This document shows, piece by piece, positions 1 through 7,631 of a stretch of DNA of 64,000 nt. Every line of letters starts with the position of its first letter. Positions within the stretch are counted from its first letter, which is position 1. The stretch comes from Desulfurococcales archaeon. Its GTDB lineage: Archaea; Thermoproteota; Thermoprotei_A; Sulfolobales; NBVN01. The notes under the pieces were generated by a model. It searched no databases and was not told where the DNA came from. It was given only the letters and a program-made list of their open reading frames with translations. Location of the stretch: NCBI GenBank assembly GCA_015521325.1, contig WAOK01000002.1, positions 901 to 64,900 of the forward strand, in the 5' to 3' direction. Made by a program: the position numbers and the translations under genes.

Positions 1-4
1 GCAG

Positions 5-352
5 ATGATGTTCGTTAGCCTGGGGGAGGCTGCGGCGGCAGGACTCGTTCTCGGCTCGCTCATCATCGCTTACTGGGTGCTTGGTAAGGTCGTTAGTGTT
101 AGGCTTTCGAACCTCGTCCTCTTCGCCCTCTCCCTCGAGCTCATGGCGAGGTTAGCTGACAGGCTATACACGGCGGCAGCGCCTCTACCGCCGCCGGTAG
201 CACCTCAGACGCTGTCTTTGATGGTGTTCGCGGCGTTCCTGTTCCGTGTGATCGTGCAGTACTCGCACACGTACAGGCTAGATGAGTGGTTCGCAGGTAT
301 CGGCGCAGGTTCCGGGGTTGAGGGCGTTACTGGGGGGTCTCCCGAGGAGTAG
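5..352 (+). CDS. hypothetical small membrane protein (uncertain; may continue upstream of window)
   Basis: ORF-track ORF with hydrophobic helices (LVLGSLIIAYWVLG, LVLFALSLEL, LSLMVFAAFLF) and no recognisable motif. Its 3' 75 nt overlap the convergent dehydrogenase gene, which lowers confidence. Confidence 0.3.
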   Translation: MMFVSLGEAAAAGLVLGSLIIAYWVLGKVVSVRLSNLVLFALSLELMARLADRLYTAAAPLPPPVAPQTLSLMVFAAFLFRVIVQYSHTYRLDEWFAGIGAGSGVEGVTGGSPEE

Positions 353-1303
353 GCAGTCCTTTATAGCTTGAGCTGCCTCAACCGCCGCTCCCTCCATCGC
401 CTCCCATGTGTAGCCAGCTATGTGGGGTGTTAGGACAACGTTCTCCAGCCTCGTTAGTGGGTTGTCGGGCCCTATCGGCTCGTTGCTGAAGACGTCGAGG
501 GCGGCGCCTCCCAGCCTGCCCTCCCTTAGGGCTTTCACGAGGGCCCCCTCATCGATCACCTCGCCCCTCGAGACATTGACTATGTAGGCCCCCTCCTTCA
601 TGGCCGAGATGAAGTCCTTGCCCACGAGGCCCCTTGTCTCGGGCGTTAGGGCGAGGGTGATCACCACGGCGTCCGCCTCTCGAGCGACGCAGTGCGGGTT
701 TGGGCAGTACCTCATCTGAGCTAGCTTCTCGGCCTCCGGCTTCCTCCTCCTTGACCAATAAACCAGCCTCGCCCCGAAACCGGCGAGCCTCCTAGCCACT
801 GCCGCACCCACCCTCCCTAGCCCGAGTATCCCTATGGTCAATGAGCTGATCGTTCTCCCTATGAATTCCCTCGGCGCCGCAGTACCGACCCACTCACCAC
901 CCCTGACGTAGGAGTCACCCCTCACGATGCCGCGGACGAGGGCCAGCAGGAGCCCTACAGCGTGATCCGCGACCGCCTCAGCTATTGAGTCTGGGCAGTT
1001 CGCTACGCAAACGCCTCTGGACTCCGCTGCCCGTAGGTCTACCTTGTCATGGCCTGAGCCGTAGATAACGACTAGCTTGAGCGATTTCCCAGCGATGTCG
1101 AGGAGCTCGTCGCTGACTACGTGGTAAGGGGCTACGATAAGTGCTGAGGAACCGGGTAGGTTCTTGCTGACCCATTCAGGCGGTGGTAGGCGCCCACGGA
1201 AGAAGGTGACTTCGAACTCCTCTCCCAGCTCCTCCATGAGGCGCCTGTGGGGCTTGAAAAGGGCTGTTACCCTAGGCCTTTCTCTGGCACTACCTCGCAC
1301 CAA
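278..1303 (-). CDS. D-isomer-specific 2-hydroxyacid dehydrogenase (glyoxylate/hydroxypyruvate reductase-like)
   Basis: Rossmann motif GILGLGRVGAAVARRL, plus VNVSRGEVIDEGAL, LDVFSNEP and LTPHIAG, all typical of this family. TTG/GTG start overlaps the 3' end of the upstream gene. Confidence 0.85.
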   Translation of the reverse strand: MVRGSARERPRVTALFKPHRRLMEELGEEFEVTFFRGRLPPPEWVSKNLPGSSALIVAPYHVVSDELLDIAGKSLKLVVIYGSGHDKVDLRAAESRGVCVANCPDSIAEAVADHAVGLLLALVRGIVRGDSYVRGGEWVGTAAPREFIGRTISSLTIGILGLGRVGAAVARRLAGFGARLVYWSRRRKPEAEKLAQMRYCPNPHCVAREADAVVITLALTPETRGLVGKDFISAMKEGAYIVNVSRGEVIDEGALVKALREGRLGGAALDVFSNEPIGPDNPLTRLENVVLTPHIAGYTWEAMEGAAVEAAQAIKDCLLLGRPPSNALNPGTCADTCEPLI

Positions 1304-2085
1304 CGGAGCCTGACCCGATCACCCTCTTCCTTACCGCAAATAACGCCTACCTTCATTGGCTCGGCTGCGAAGGCCAAGCAAGTCCATTCAAGGTTCGACG
1401 GTCTCTCCGGGAGTTTCGCCTTTAGTAGGAACTCAGTCACCTCCTCCGGCCCCCTCTCGTCGAAGCTGAAGTGGTATTTAGCGCTCGCCCCTAGTTCAGA
1501 CGCCTTCTCTTCTAGGGCATCCGCTACATTCCCGGGCACGACCGCCTCATAACACCTCTTCTCCCCCGTAACCCTCAGCCTCTCGATCGCTGGGACAGCA
1601 CCGGCAGAGCACAGCTCTATGTACATGGTTAGGTACTGCGCTGTCACCCTAGAGAATACGTCGAGGCCCCTCTTCTCGAGAAGAGACTCGGCCTTATTCA
1701 CGAGTGATTCAGCGAGCCTCACCCAGAAAGTCGCCACGCCAATGAGGTGCGTTGTCGCGAGCGATGAGTCAACTATGTGCGGGTTCCTGAAGCTCTGGGC
1801 CGAGAGCCACCTAGCGACCTCGTGATCGTCAGCGAACCAGAACCAGGACTTAAGGCAGTCAACCACATCCTCCCTCCTTATGAGCGTGCGGATCACGTCC
1901 TCTGCATCGCTTATGGCCTCGATCGCTCTTTTCGCTGCGTTACTCGACTGCCTCATGAGCAGATAAATCGCTTCATCGAGTGCTGCCTTGGCCCCGACGA
2001 GGTAGTGTGCAGCCTGAACAAAGTTATCCGTCGCTATGAGCTCATCAATGTTTCCCCTCTTCGCTCCCGCCTCACCTGACGACAT
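1267..2085 (-). CDS. hypothetical protein (helical, no recognised domain)
   Basis: Long ORF. I prefer the internal ATG at 2085 (MSSGEAGAKRGN...) because the TTG at 2142 lies inside a TATA-like TTAAATAG element. No family motif recognised. Confidence 0.45.
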   Translation of the reverse strand: MSSGEAGAKRGNIDELIATDNFVQAAHYLVGAKAALDEAIYLLMRQSSNAAKRAIEAISDAEDVIRTLIRREDVVDCLKSWFWFADDHEVARWLSAQSFRNPHIVDSSLATTHLIGVATFWVRLAESLVNKAESLLEKRGLDVFSRVTAQYLTMYIELCSAGAVPAIERLRVTGEKRCYEAVVPGNVADALEEKASELGASAKYHFSFDERGPEEVTEFLLKAKLPERPSNLEWTCLAFAAEPMKVGVICGKEEGDRVRLRWCEVVPEKGLG

Positions 2086-2220
2086 TACCCACCACCATAC
2101 CTCAATTAAGGATCCGCTACTATTTAATGAGGTAACGACCAATCATCTCGGTGGGGACCGAACCCGTCACCGACGTATAGGATGAGGTGAATGGCCGCTA
2201 CCGACGCAGGGTGATTCTCA

Positions 2221-2958
2221 TTGCCCAAGGCCGTGGTGCTAGGCTATGGTGGGTGGGTGAGCGACCCATTATTCGGTCAGTCGGGCATTGCCCTACTCAC
2301 GGACTCCGGAAGAATCATCCTAATCGATGCCGGCGAGGGCACATGGTACTGGCTAGGTAAGTGCGGACTCACGAAAACCCCCGATGCCGTGCTCCTCAGC
2401 CACGGCCACGGGGACCATGTCCTCGGGGTCCCGACGCTGGTTATGTGGGCTAACTATGCCAAGAAGAGGCTTAGGGTGTGGGGACACCCCTCAGCGATAG
2501 GTGCTGTCGAGGGACTCATGAGGTCTACCCACGTGGGGGAGAGCTTCGATCAGGTTGTTGAGACCCATCCCATGAGGGCGGGGGAGTGGGCTGATGTCGC
2601 TGAGGGGGTTAGGGTGCTGGCAGTTAACGCCGTCCACCCTGTCCCAGCTTACTCTTTCGTGATAGCCGTGGAAGGTAGAACTATTGCCTACAGCGGCGAC
2701 ACAAGGCCCAACCCCTTATTCTTTGAGGAAGCCGAAGGAGCAGACCTCCTCATTCATGAGGTGGGGGTTCCGGCGGGGCAGGAGATGCTCGCTGAGAAAT
2801 TCGGGCATACATCAGAGGCCGAGATATGCGAAGTGCTTAAGGAGGTCTCTCCCAAGCTATTCATGCCCTACCACTACTCCTTAAGAAAGGCGAGGATCCC
2901 ATGCGAAGAGATCACCGAGATCGTGAGGCCCGAGCACTGCCTTTCGATAGAGCTCTAA
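2221..2958 (+). CDS. metallo-beta-lactamase-fold hydrolase (RNase Z-like N-terminus)
   Basis: HxHxDH motif (LLSHGHGDHVLG) and an N-terminal VLGYGGW...LIDAGEGT pattern like RNase Z/MBL hydrolases. It is shorter than canonical RNase Z, so only the fold is called. Confidence 0.7.
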   Translation: MPKAVVLGYGGWVSDPLFGQSGIALLTDSGRIILIDAGEGTWYWLGKCGLTKTPDAVLLSHGHGDHVLGVPTLVMWANYAKKRLRVWGHPSAIGAVEGLMRSTHVGESFDQVVETHPMRAGEWADVAEGVRVLAVNAVHPVPAYSFVIAVEGRTIAYSGDTRPNPLFFEEAEGADLLIHEVGVPAGQEMLAEKFGHTSEAEICEVLKEVSPKLFMPYHYSLRKARIPCEEITEIVRPEHCLSIEL

Positions 2959-2963
2959 AAAAG

Positions 2964-3731
2964 CTAGGTTACCTTAAGCCTCATCTCGCCTAGGTCGACG
3001 ATCTCGTCCTCATCGAGCTCGGCCCAGCAGCCACCATGATACAGGGCGACCGTTGGTGAGGCAGCCACGACCGCGCCCCTCAATCGGATTATCCTGGCCC
3101 TATAGTACCTCTCCAGCCTCGGCTTACCCAGCGGGTAGTGGTTAAGGAACGCCGCGTGAGCGGCACCTTCACCCACAGCGACGGCGGCCACGACCGCGCC
3201 GTGGGCGGTGCCAGCGGCTGAGGCAACCGCTCGGAGCCCTCTCACGAGCCCCTCGCGCGGGCCATCCTCGGCTACGTGCTTAGCTAGGGCTGAGGCTATG
3301 AGGTGTGTGTCGGTGACGTACCCTGCCTCACCTAACCAGCCGAGCCTCTCGAGCGGGATTGTCCCGTTGAACGCCACCCACACCTCGACATACTTGCCTG
3401 TGAGTGAGGTGTGGGGTGCTGGATGGGAGGCCAGTAACCACTTCTTCATTCCCTTGCTGGCTCTCCTGCAGTGGGCTATCACGAACCCTTCCCGAATACC
3501 GCTGATAGTTTTTGTGAGGGATGCGAATCCCTCGCTGTCCTCATCGATCGGTTCCGCGGTTCTGTAGTGCATCATTCGTGTCGGGGTGATTACGAGCCAG
3601 CCCCAACCATCTCTGTGGCTCTTTCTCCTTGGGTGTAGTTCGTCGTGGGCGCAGGCCCTCATGAACGCTTCAATGATTTCCGGGAGCGGCCCGGGGCCGT
3701 TGCTTAGGTGTGCTGCGAGCAACCTGCACAT
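2964..3731 (-). CDS. class II (Ntn-type) glutamine amidotransferase, YafJ-like
   Basis: The internal ATG at 3731 gives N-terminal Met-Cys (MCRLLAAH), the nucleophile arrangement of class II GATases. HRDGWGW and HCRRASKG motifs are present, and a TATA-like ATTATAT lies about 34 nt upstream. Confidence 0.65.
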   Translation of the reverse strand: MCRLLAAHLSNGPGPLPEIIEAFMRACAHDELHPRRKSHRDGWGWLVITPTRMMHYRTAEPIDEDSEGFASLTKTISGIREGFVIAHCRRASKGMKKWLLASHPAPHTSLTGKYVEVWVAFNGTIPLERLGWLGEAGYVTDTHLIASALAKHVAEDGPREGLVRGLRAVASAAGTAHGAVVAAVAVGEGAAHAAFLNHYPLGKPRLERYYRARIIRLRGAVVAASPTVALYHGGCWAELDEDEIVDLGEMRLKVT

Positions 3732-3787
3732 CGCGCCTACCAAGGCACTCACGGGTAAGGCATTATATGGTGTGAGGCCCCACTAAC
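3732..3787. promoter_or_regulatory. short divergent promoter with a single shared TATA-like element
   Basis: CATTATATGG at 3761-3770 lies about 26 nt from ATG 3791 (+ gene) and about 34 nt from ATG 3731 (- gene). This is the only AT-rich element in the 57-bp gap. Confidence 0.4.
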
Positions 3788-4021
3788 TTGATGACCGTCG
3801 ACCCAATCACGCTCGTGTTCATTGGTGCGGCGCTGGTGTTCTTGGGAATAGCGATAATGGTGCTGGCGTCCGGGGGAGGGAGGGCTGAAGGGGGTGCCGT
3901 CATCGTTGTAGGCCCTATCCCCATCGTGGTCGGATCCTCAAGGTCTGCGGCGCTGGCCGCGGCAGTACTTGGTGCGGTCATGATTATTGCGTTGATAATC
4001 CTTAGTCTGGTGGTGAGGTAA
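3788..4021 (+). CDS. small membrane protein, DUF131/TIGR00304-like (GPIPI motif)
   Basis: Two TM helices flank GGAVIVVGPIPIVVGS, which resembles the archaeal DUF131 signature as I recall it. The likely real start is ATG 3791. Confidence 0.5.
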   Translation: MMTVDPITLVFIGAALVFLGIAIMVLASGGGRAEGGAVIVVGPIPIVVGSSRSAALAAAVLGAVMIIALIILSLVVR

Positions 4022-4293
4022 TGCCTGACCTGGTTAGGGCGATCGCTTTACTCGTTGTCTTCATTGGTGTAGCGCTTATAGCGCTCGGCATATCCCTGGC
4101 AGCCATAACCTCTCGGGAAGGCGGTTCATCGGGCGCCGCCTGCGTCGTGATCCTCTTCTTACCGCTCTGCTTCTCGTGGGGGAGTAACGCCGCGGCCGTG
4201 GGTGTGGCAGCCGCCGTGATATCGCTCGCTTTCCTCGTGATTATGGTGCTCCTCCTTAGGAGGTTGCTGGAGGGACTAGCTCCGAGTGAGTGA
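4021..4293 (+). CDS. small membrane protein, paralog-like partner of the preceding DUF131-like gene
   Basis: The ATG overlaps the stop of the previous gene (TAATG). It has the same TM - Gly/Ser-rich loop - TM architecture (GGSSGAACVVILFLPLCFSWGS). Confidence 0.45.
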   Translation: MPDLVRAIALLVVFIGVALIALGISLAAITSREGGSSGAACVVILFLPLCFSWGSNAAAVGVAAAVISLAFLVIMVLLLRRLLEGLAPSE

Positions 4294-4295
4294 TG

Positions 4296-4814
4296 TCATA
4301 TCCTCAGCTCCTTTCCCGCCTTTTCCTTCAGTATCCTGTGAAGCCTCTTGTACCACTCTGGCATCGTAACGCTTTCTATCACCATCCCGGGCTCGTAGGG
4401 CTTTATGTCGAGCACCGGCGTGCCGTCGAAGAGGTCTATACCCTCTACGTGTATATACCTCCCCTCGATCTTCGTGACCCTCGCTATGGTGAGGCCTATG
4501 AGGTTTGGCCTGTGAGGTGAGTCGGTGGCGAAAACTCCTACCTCGGGGAGATCCTCGAGGGGGATCCCGAGCCTCGTGAAGCGCCTGTGCCTGACCTTAA
4601 TCACTCCCCTCGCCTCGGGCGGGGCTTTATGGAGCCACGTTATGAGGATTATGTGGCTGAAGCCCTCCAGACCCTCCAGACCCTCAGCGTACTCCTCGAA
4701 CACCTCTACGATACCGTCGACTCCGCCGGTGAGCCAGGAGGCCTTGACCTCTTCGTCGGTATGGGGTACGTGCACCACGCCTATGGCGCATGCATCGAAG
4801 CACTCACGCCTCAC
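4296..4814 (-). CDS. trmO: tRNA (adenine37-N6)-methyltransferase TrmO/TsaA family (UPF0066)
   Basis: GFSHIILITWLH, GVFATDSPHRPNLIGLT and DGTPVLDIKPY are hallmark TsaA/YaeB motifs. There is a 4-nt overlap with the upstream cupin gene. Confidence 0.8.
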   Translation of the reverse strand: MRRECFDACAIGVVHVPHTDEEVKASWLTGGVDGIVEVFEEYAEGLEGLEGFSHIILITWLHKAPPEARGVIKVRHRRFTRLGIPLEDLPEVGVFATDSPHRPNLIGLTIARVTKIEGRYIHVEGIDLFDGTPVLDIKPYEPGMVIESVTMPEWYKRLHRILKEKAGKELRI

Positions 4815-5185
4815 TTCGGCTCACCCTCGGTAGGTATGACGCATATGAACCTGAACACGTCGTTGCCGGGGTTCTCGTAGGCGTGCGGTACATTGGGCGG
4901 AATATAAATGAAAGTGCCCTCCCCCACGTCGTACCATCTCTCGCCGATCTTTATCTTTCCATTACCAGATAGAACGAATATCTCGTGCTCCCATGGATGT
5001 GAGTGCTCCTTTATCCAGCCGCCTGGCCCGATCTCAAAGACCCTCATCGCGTAATTGGGGGCGCCGTCAGCACTCCTTATGAGCCACCTGATCGTTGTCT
5101 TGGCCGCCATGTCCGGGGGCACTACCTTTGCCTCGACCTCGTCCCACCTACCGAGCTTCTCACCGCTCGGGCCCGTCACGATCAT
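4811..5185 (-). CDS. cupin-domain protein
   Basis: Cupin motif 1 (HSHPWEHEIFVLSGNG) and motif 2 (GTFIYIPPNVPH). Confidence 0.75.
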   Translation of the reverse strand: MIVTGPSGEKLGRWDEVEAKVVPPDMAAKTTIRWLIRSADGAPNYAMRVFEIGPGGWIKEHSHPWEHEIFVLSGNGKIKIGERWYDVGEGTFIYIPPNVPHAYENPGNDVFRFICVIPTEGEPK

Positions 5186-5256
5186 CTTATTCCCCCGACG
5201 GGATCGTTGGGCTCGCCTTAATTAGGGCTGGTGGGTGCTGGTTCTTAGGTGCCCCG

Positions 5257-5676
5257 ATGCCGGTTGATGTGAGTAAGTTAGTCGCATCGTTCGACTCCCT
5301 CGATAACTGGGTCGAGATGCAGAGGAAGGCGAGGGAGCTGTTCGCTGAAGTCAATGAGGGCATAGAGGACGCTGACAGGCTGGCCCTAGTTCTCGCTATC
5401 AGGCAGGCGTTCCAGCACATGATCAAGACCCTCAGAGCTTTCGATAACTGGCTCGAGGACCCTGTCATACTGAACTACGTCACGCGGGAGATGCTCCTGG
5501 AGGTCTGGGAGACGACCTACGAGATCCTTGACAAGCTCCTCGACCTGGACATAAGGCATACGTCAGCCCTTAAGAGGGTTGCTCAGGAGGAGATCAACAA
5601 AGGTAAGCTCCCGCCCCTCATGGACGTGAGAAAGGAGAGCGAAGAGGAACCTAAGGGAACCCTCAGGCCCCTCTAA
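5257..5676 (+). CDS. hypothetical helical protein
   Basis: I chose ATG 5257 (MPVDVSKLV...) because the upstream part of the track ORF overlaps the cupin gene on the opposite strand. Acidic C-terminus; no family recognised. Confidence 0.45.
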   Translation: MPVDVSKLVASFDSLDNWVEMQRKARELFAEVNEGIEDADRLALVLAIRQAFQHMIKTLRAFDNWLEDPVILNYVTREMLLEVWETTYEILDKLLDLDIRHTSALKRVAQEEINKGKLPPLMDVRKESEEEPKGTLRPL

Positions 5677-6947
5677 CCGGGGCAGAACCCGCCGACACAC
5701 CCACCTCCCCATGCACTCCTTTCATGCCCTATAACGCAGAGACCGCCAAGAATACCCCTCTTTACTCCCACCTCAACGACAGGCGAGCCCGAGTAGGCCA
5801 TAACCACGGCGTCACCCTCTATCGGGTAGAGGGAGACCCTTAGCCCGGCTCCGTAGGGAGTGCTTGGGGCTGTGAGGACTCCCGCGTAGAGCCCATCCAC
5901 ATCCTCACCCAGTCTAATGATTGCTTCACCACCGCCAACCCTCATCGGCGCCTCCAGGCACTCCCCGCCCTCGGTGAGCGAGAAGCTAATTCCCTCAACG
6001 GATATCAGGGGCGTAGGTACCCAGTAGAGTAGCGTTGAGTTGATGCTGAGTGGGTATAACAGTGGAATCATCACGGTACCGCTGACCAACGCAGCCAGCG
6101 ACACATTAAGTGATAACGTGGCATTCACCGCTGCCAGAGTCCCTGCATAGGATGCCTTGACGACCCCCGCCACATAGATAGGGAGCCCATCAAGCGTCAG
6201 GATAATCGCGTATAGCCCCTTTCCTAGGTAGATAGAGATCGAGGCTGTGCCTCCATTTGATCTCACCACAGCCGGGGTTCCCGAGGCCTTAACCCATGCC
6301 CTGCCTTCCGAGAGCTTCACGGGCGCCCTCACGTAGGGTGAGTCAGCCGCAACACCCACTCCCGAATCGATCACTATAGGTGACTCGTCGATAGCGGGTA
6401 CGCCGGTCGGCACCACATAACCCCACTTCATGCCCTCAGGTACGTTACTTGGTGAGCCGTAGCCCGGAACAGGGGGCGGCCCTACGTTAATCGCTCTGAA
6501 CTTATCATCAACAATTACCTTCTTCACACCCGGGGAGACAGGCGCCAGTGGTGATTCTGCGTCCGCGACTATCTTGATTGAGTAGGTTATGGCCCGCGAG
6601 GTGTATGCCAGGACAACCACCCCAATTGATGGGATAGCTTCCCCAGCCCCGCTGGCAAGATACCGTCCCCAGGCACCGTATAGCGTGGACGGTAGGCTAA
6701 AGAACGCCTTACTTCCGGGGGAGAAGTAACCTATATCGATGAATGGATCGCCCCCTGGAGGTGTGGGGGCGTAGACTATTATTGCATAGGTCTGGGGGTA
6801 GAGGCACCCAGCCTCTATACAGGCTCTCTCGGGGAGGTCGACAATGAGTACTGGATTGGGCGGCGCCGTCGGTAGGGAGGAGGCCAGCGCTGAGTAAGCT
6901 ATGAGAGCGGCCGCAACCACAGCAGCGAGCTTATATTGGGCCCTCAT
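5673..6947 (-). CDS. secreted/surface protein, unknown function
   Basis: N-terminal signal/TM (KLAAVVAAALIAYSALASS), a long Gly/Pro/Val-rich beta-like body and a Cys-rich C-terminal tail (GGLCVIGHERSAWGGGCVGGFCPG). The start overlaps ribC by 17 nt. Confidence 0.5.
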   Translation of the reverse strand: MRAQYKLAAVVAAALIAYSALASSLPTAPPNPVLIVDLPERACIEAGCLYPQTYAIIVYAPTPPGGDPFIDIGYFSPGSKAFFSLPSTLYGAWGRYLASGAGEAIPSIGVVVLAYTSRAITYSIKIVADAESPLAPVSPGVKKVIVDDKFRAINVGPPPVPGYGSPSNVPEGMKWGYVVPTGVPAIDESPIVIDSGVGVAADSPYVRAPVKLSEGRAWVKASGTPAVVRSNGGTASISIYLGKGLYAIILTLDGLPIYVAGVVKASYAGTLAAVNATLSLNVSLAALVSGTVMIPLLYPLSINSTLLYWVPTPLISVEGISFSLTEGGECLEAPMRVGGGEAIIRLGEDVDGLYAGVLTAPSTPYGAGLRVSLYPIEGDAVVMAYSGSPVVEVGVKRGILGGLCVIGHERSAWGGGCVGGFCPG

Positions 6948-7392
6948 GGATCCTGCCCTGCCTCAGGCCCTTACCAGCGAACCTGCGCAGCGCCTCCCCA
7001 CCGCCCTCGAGGAGCGCGACCAAGTTGAGGGCGTGCTTCCTGGCCCTGTCGGCCGCTATCTCCCTTAACTCTGCCGGGGACTCTGCCTCATCCTCGTGCA
7101 CCGTCACATCGATCACGTGCTTCTTCGTCCTGAGCTGAACGAGCTGGAGCGACATCGAGGCCACGACGTAGGATAGTTTATCGGTTAGGGAGCCCCCCAC
7201 CCACCCTAGGGTGATGACGCCGTCGCATCCCTCATCCTCAAGGAGCTTGAGGGCCGCGACCGGGATGTCCTTTATCCCAGGCACGGTGTACCTGATGATC
7301 TCTGCTCCGGGGACGGCCTCCTTTATCGCCTCTATAGCGTGCCTAGCCATGTCGACCCTGGAGAAGGTTGTGTCCACTACCCCTATCCTCAC
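6931..7392 (-). CDS. ribC: archaeal-type riboflavin synthase
   Basis: MRIGVVDTTFSRVDMA... N-terminus and about 153 aa length match the archaeal (lumazine-synthase-like) riboflavin synthase family. GTG start. Confidence 0.8.
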   Translation of the reverse strand: MRIGVVDTTFSRVDMARHAIEAIKEAVPGAEIIRYTVPGIKDIPVAALKLLEDEGCDGVITLGWVGGSLTDKLSYVVASMSLQLVQLRTKKHVIDVTVHEDEAESPAELREIAADRARKHALNLVALLEGGGEALRRFAGKGLRQGRIHEGPI

Positions 7393-7631
7393 CCGGATCC
7401 CCAGCCTATCTCTGGGGACAGCCTAATACTGTTGCTGTTCCATCTCTATGTTTATACATCTCTGCGCACTGTTTATGCAATATTTGGTAGGCTGTCACCG
7501 CGGATATGAATGAGTGTTTATTTAATTATATAATTAAAGAAACTATGATTGATAACTTTTCTATTTGTTTTGTCTATTTTTAAACCTGTATATAATCTAG
7601 TGCGGTGAGTTTATAACCGAGACCCCGAAGA
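7393..7631. promoter_or_regulatory. AT-rich divergent control region (ribC leftward, mbx-like operon rightward)
   Basis: It contrasts strongly with the GC-rich flanks and carries several TATA-like boxes (GTTTATACATC, TTTATTTAATTATATAATTAAAG, TGTATATAATC, GTTTATAACC). Two small perfect hairpins lie at 7398-7418 and 7621-7643. Confidence 0.5.

Noticed and set aside
3763-3981. 72-aa antisense ORF opposite the first DUF131-like gene, and 4290..4520 (+) opposite trmO.
   Set aside because: These are shadow frames of genes with recognisable signatures (GPIPI; TsaA motifs). The translations are Ala/Pro/Thr-rich or lack features.
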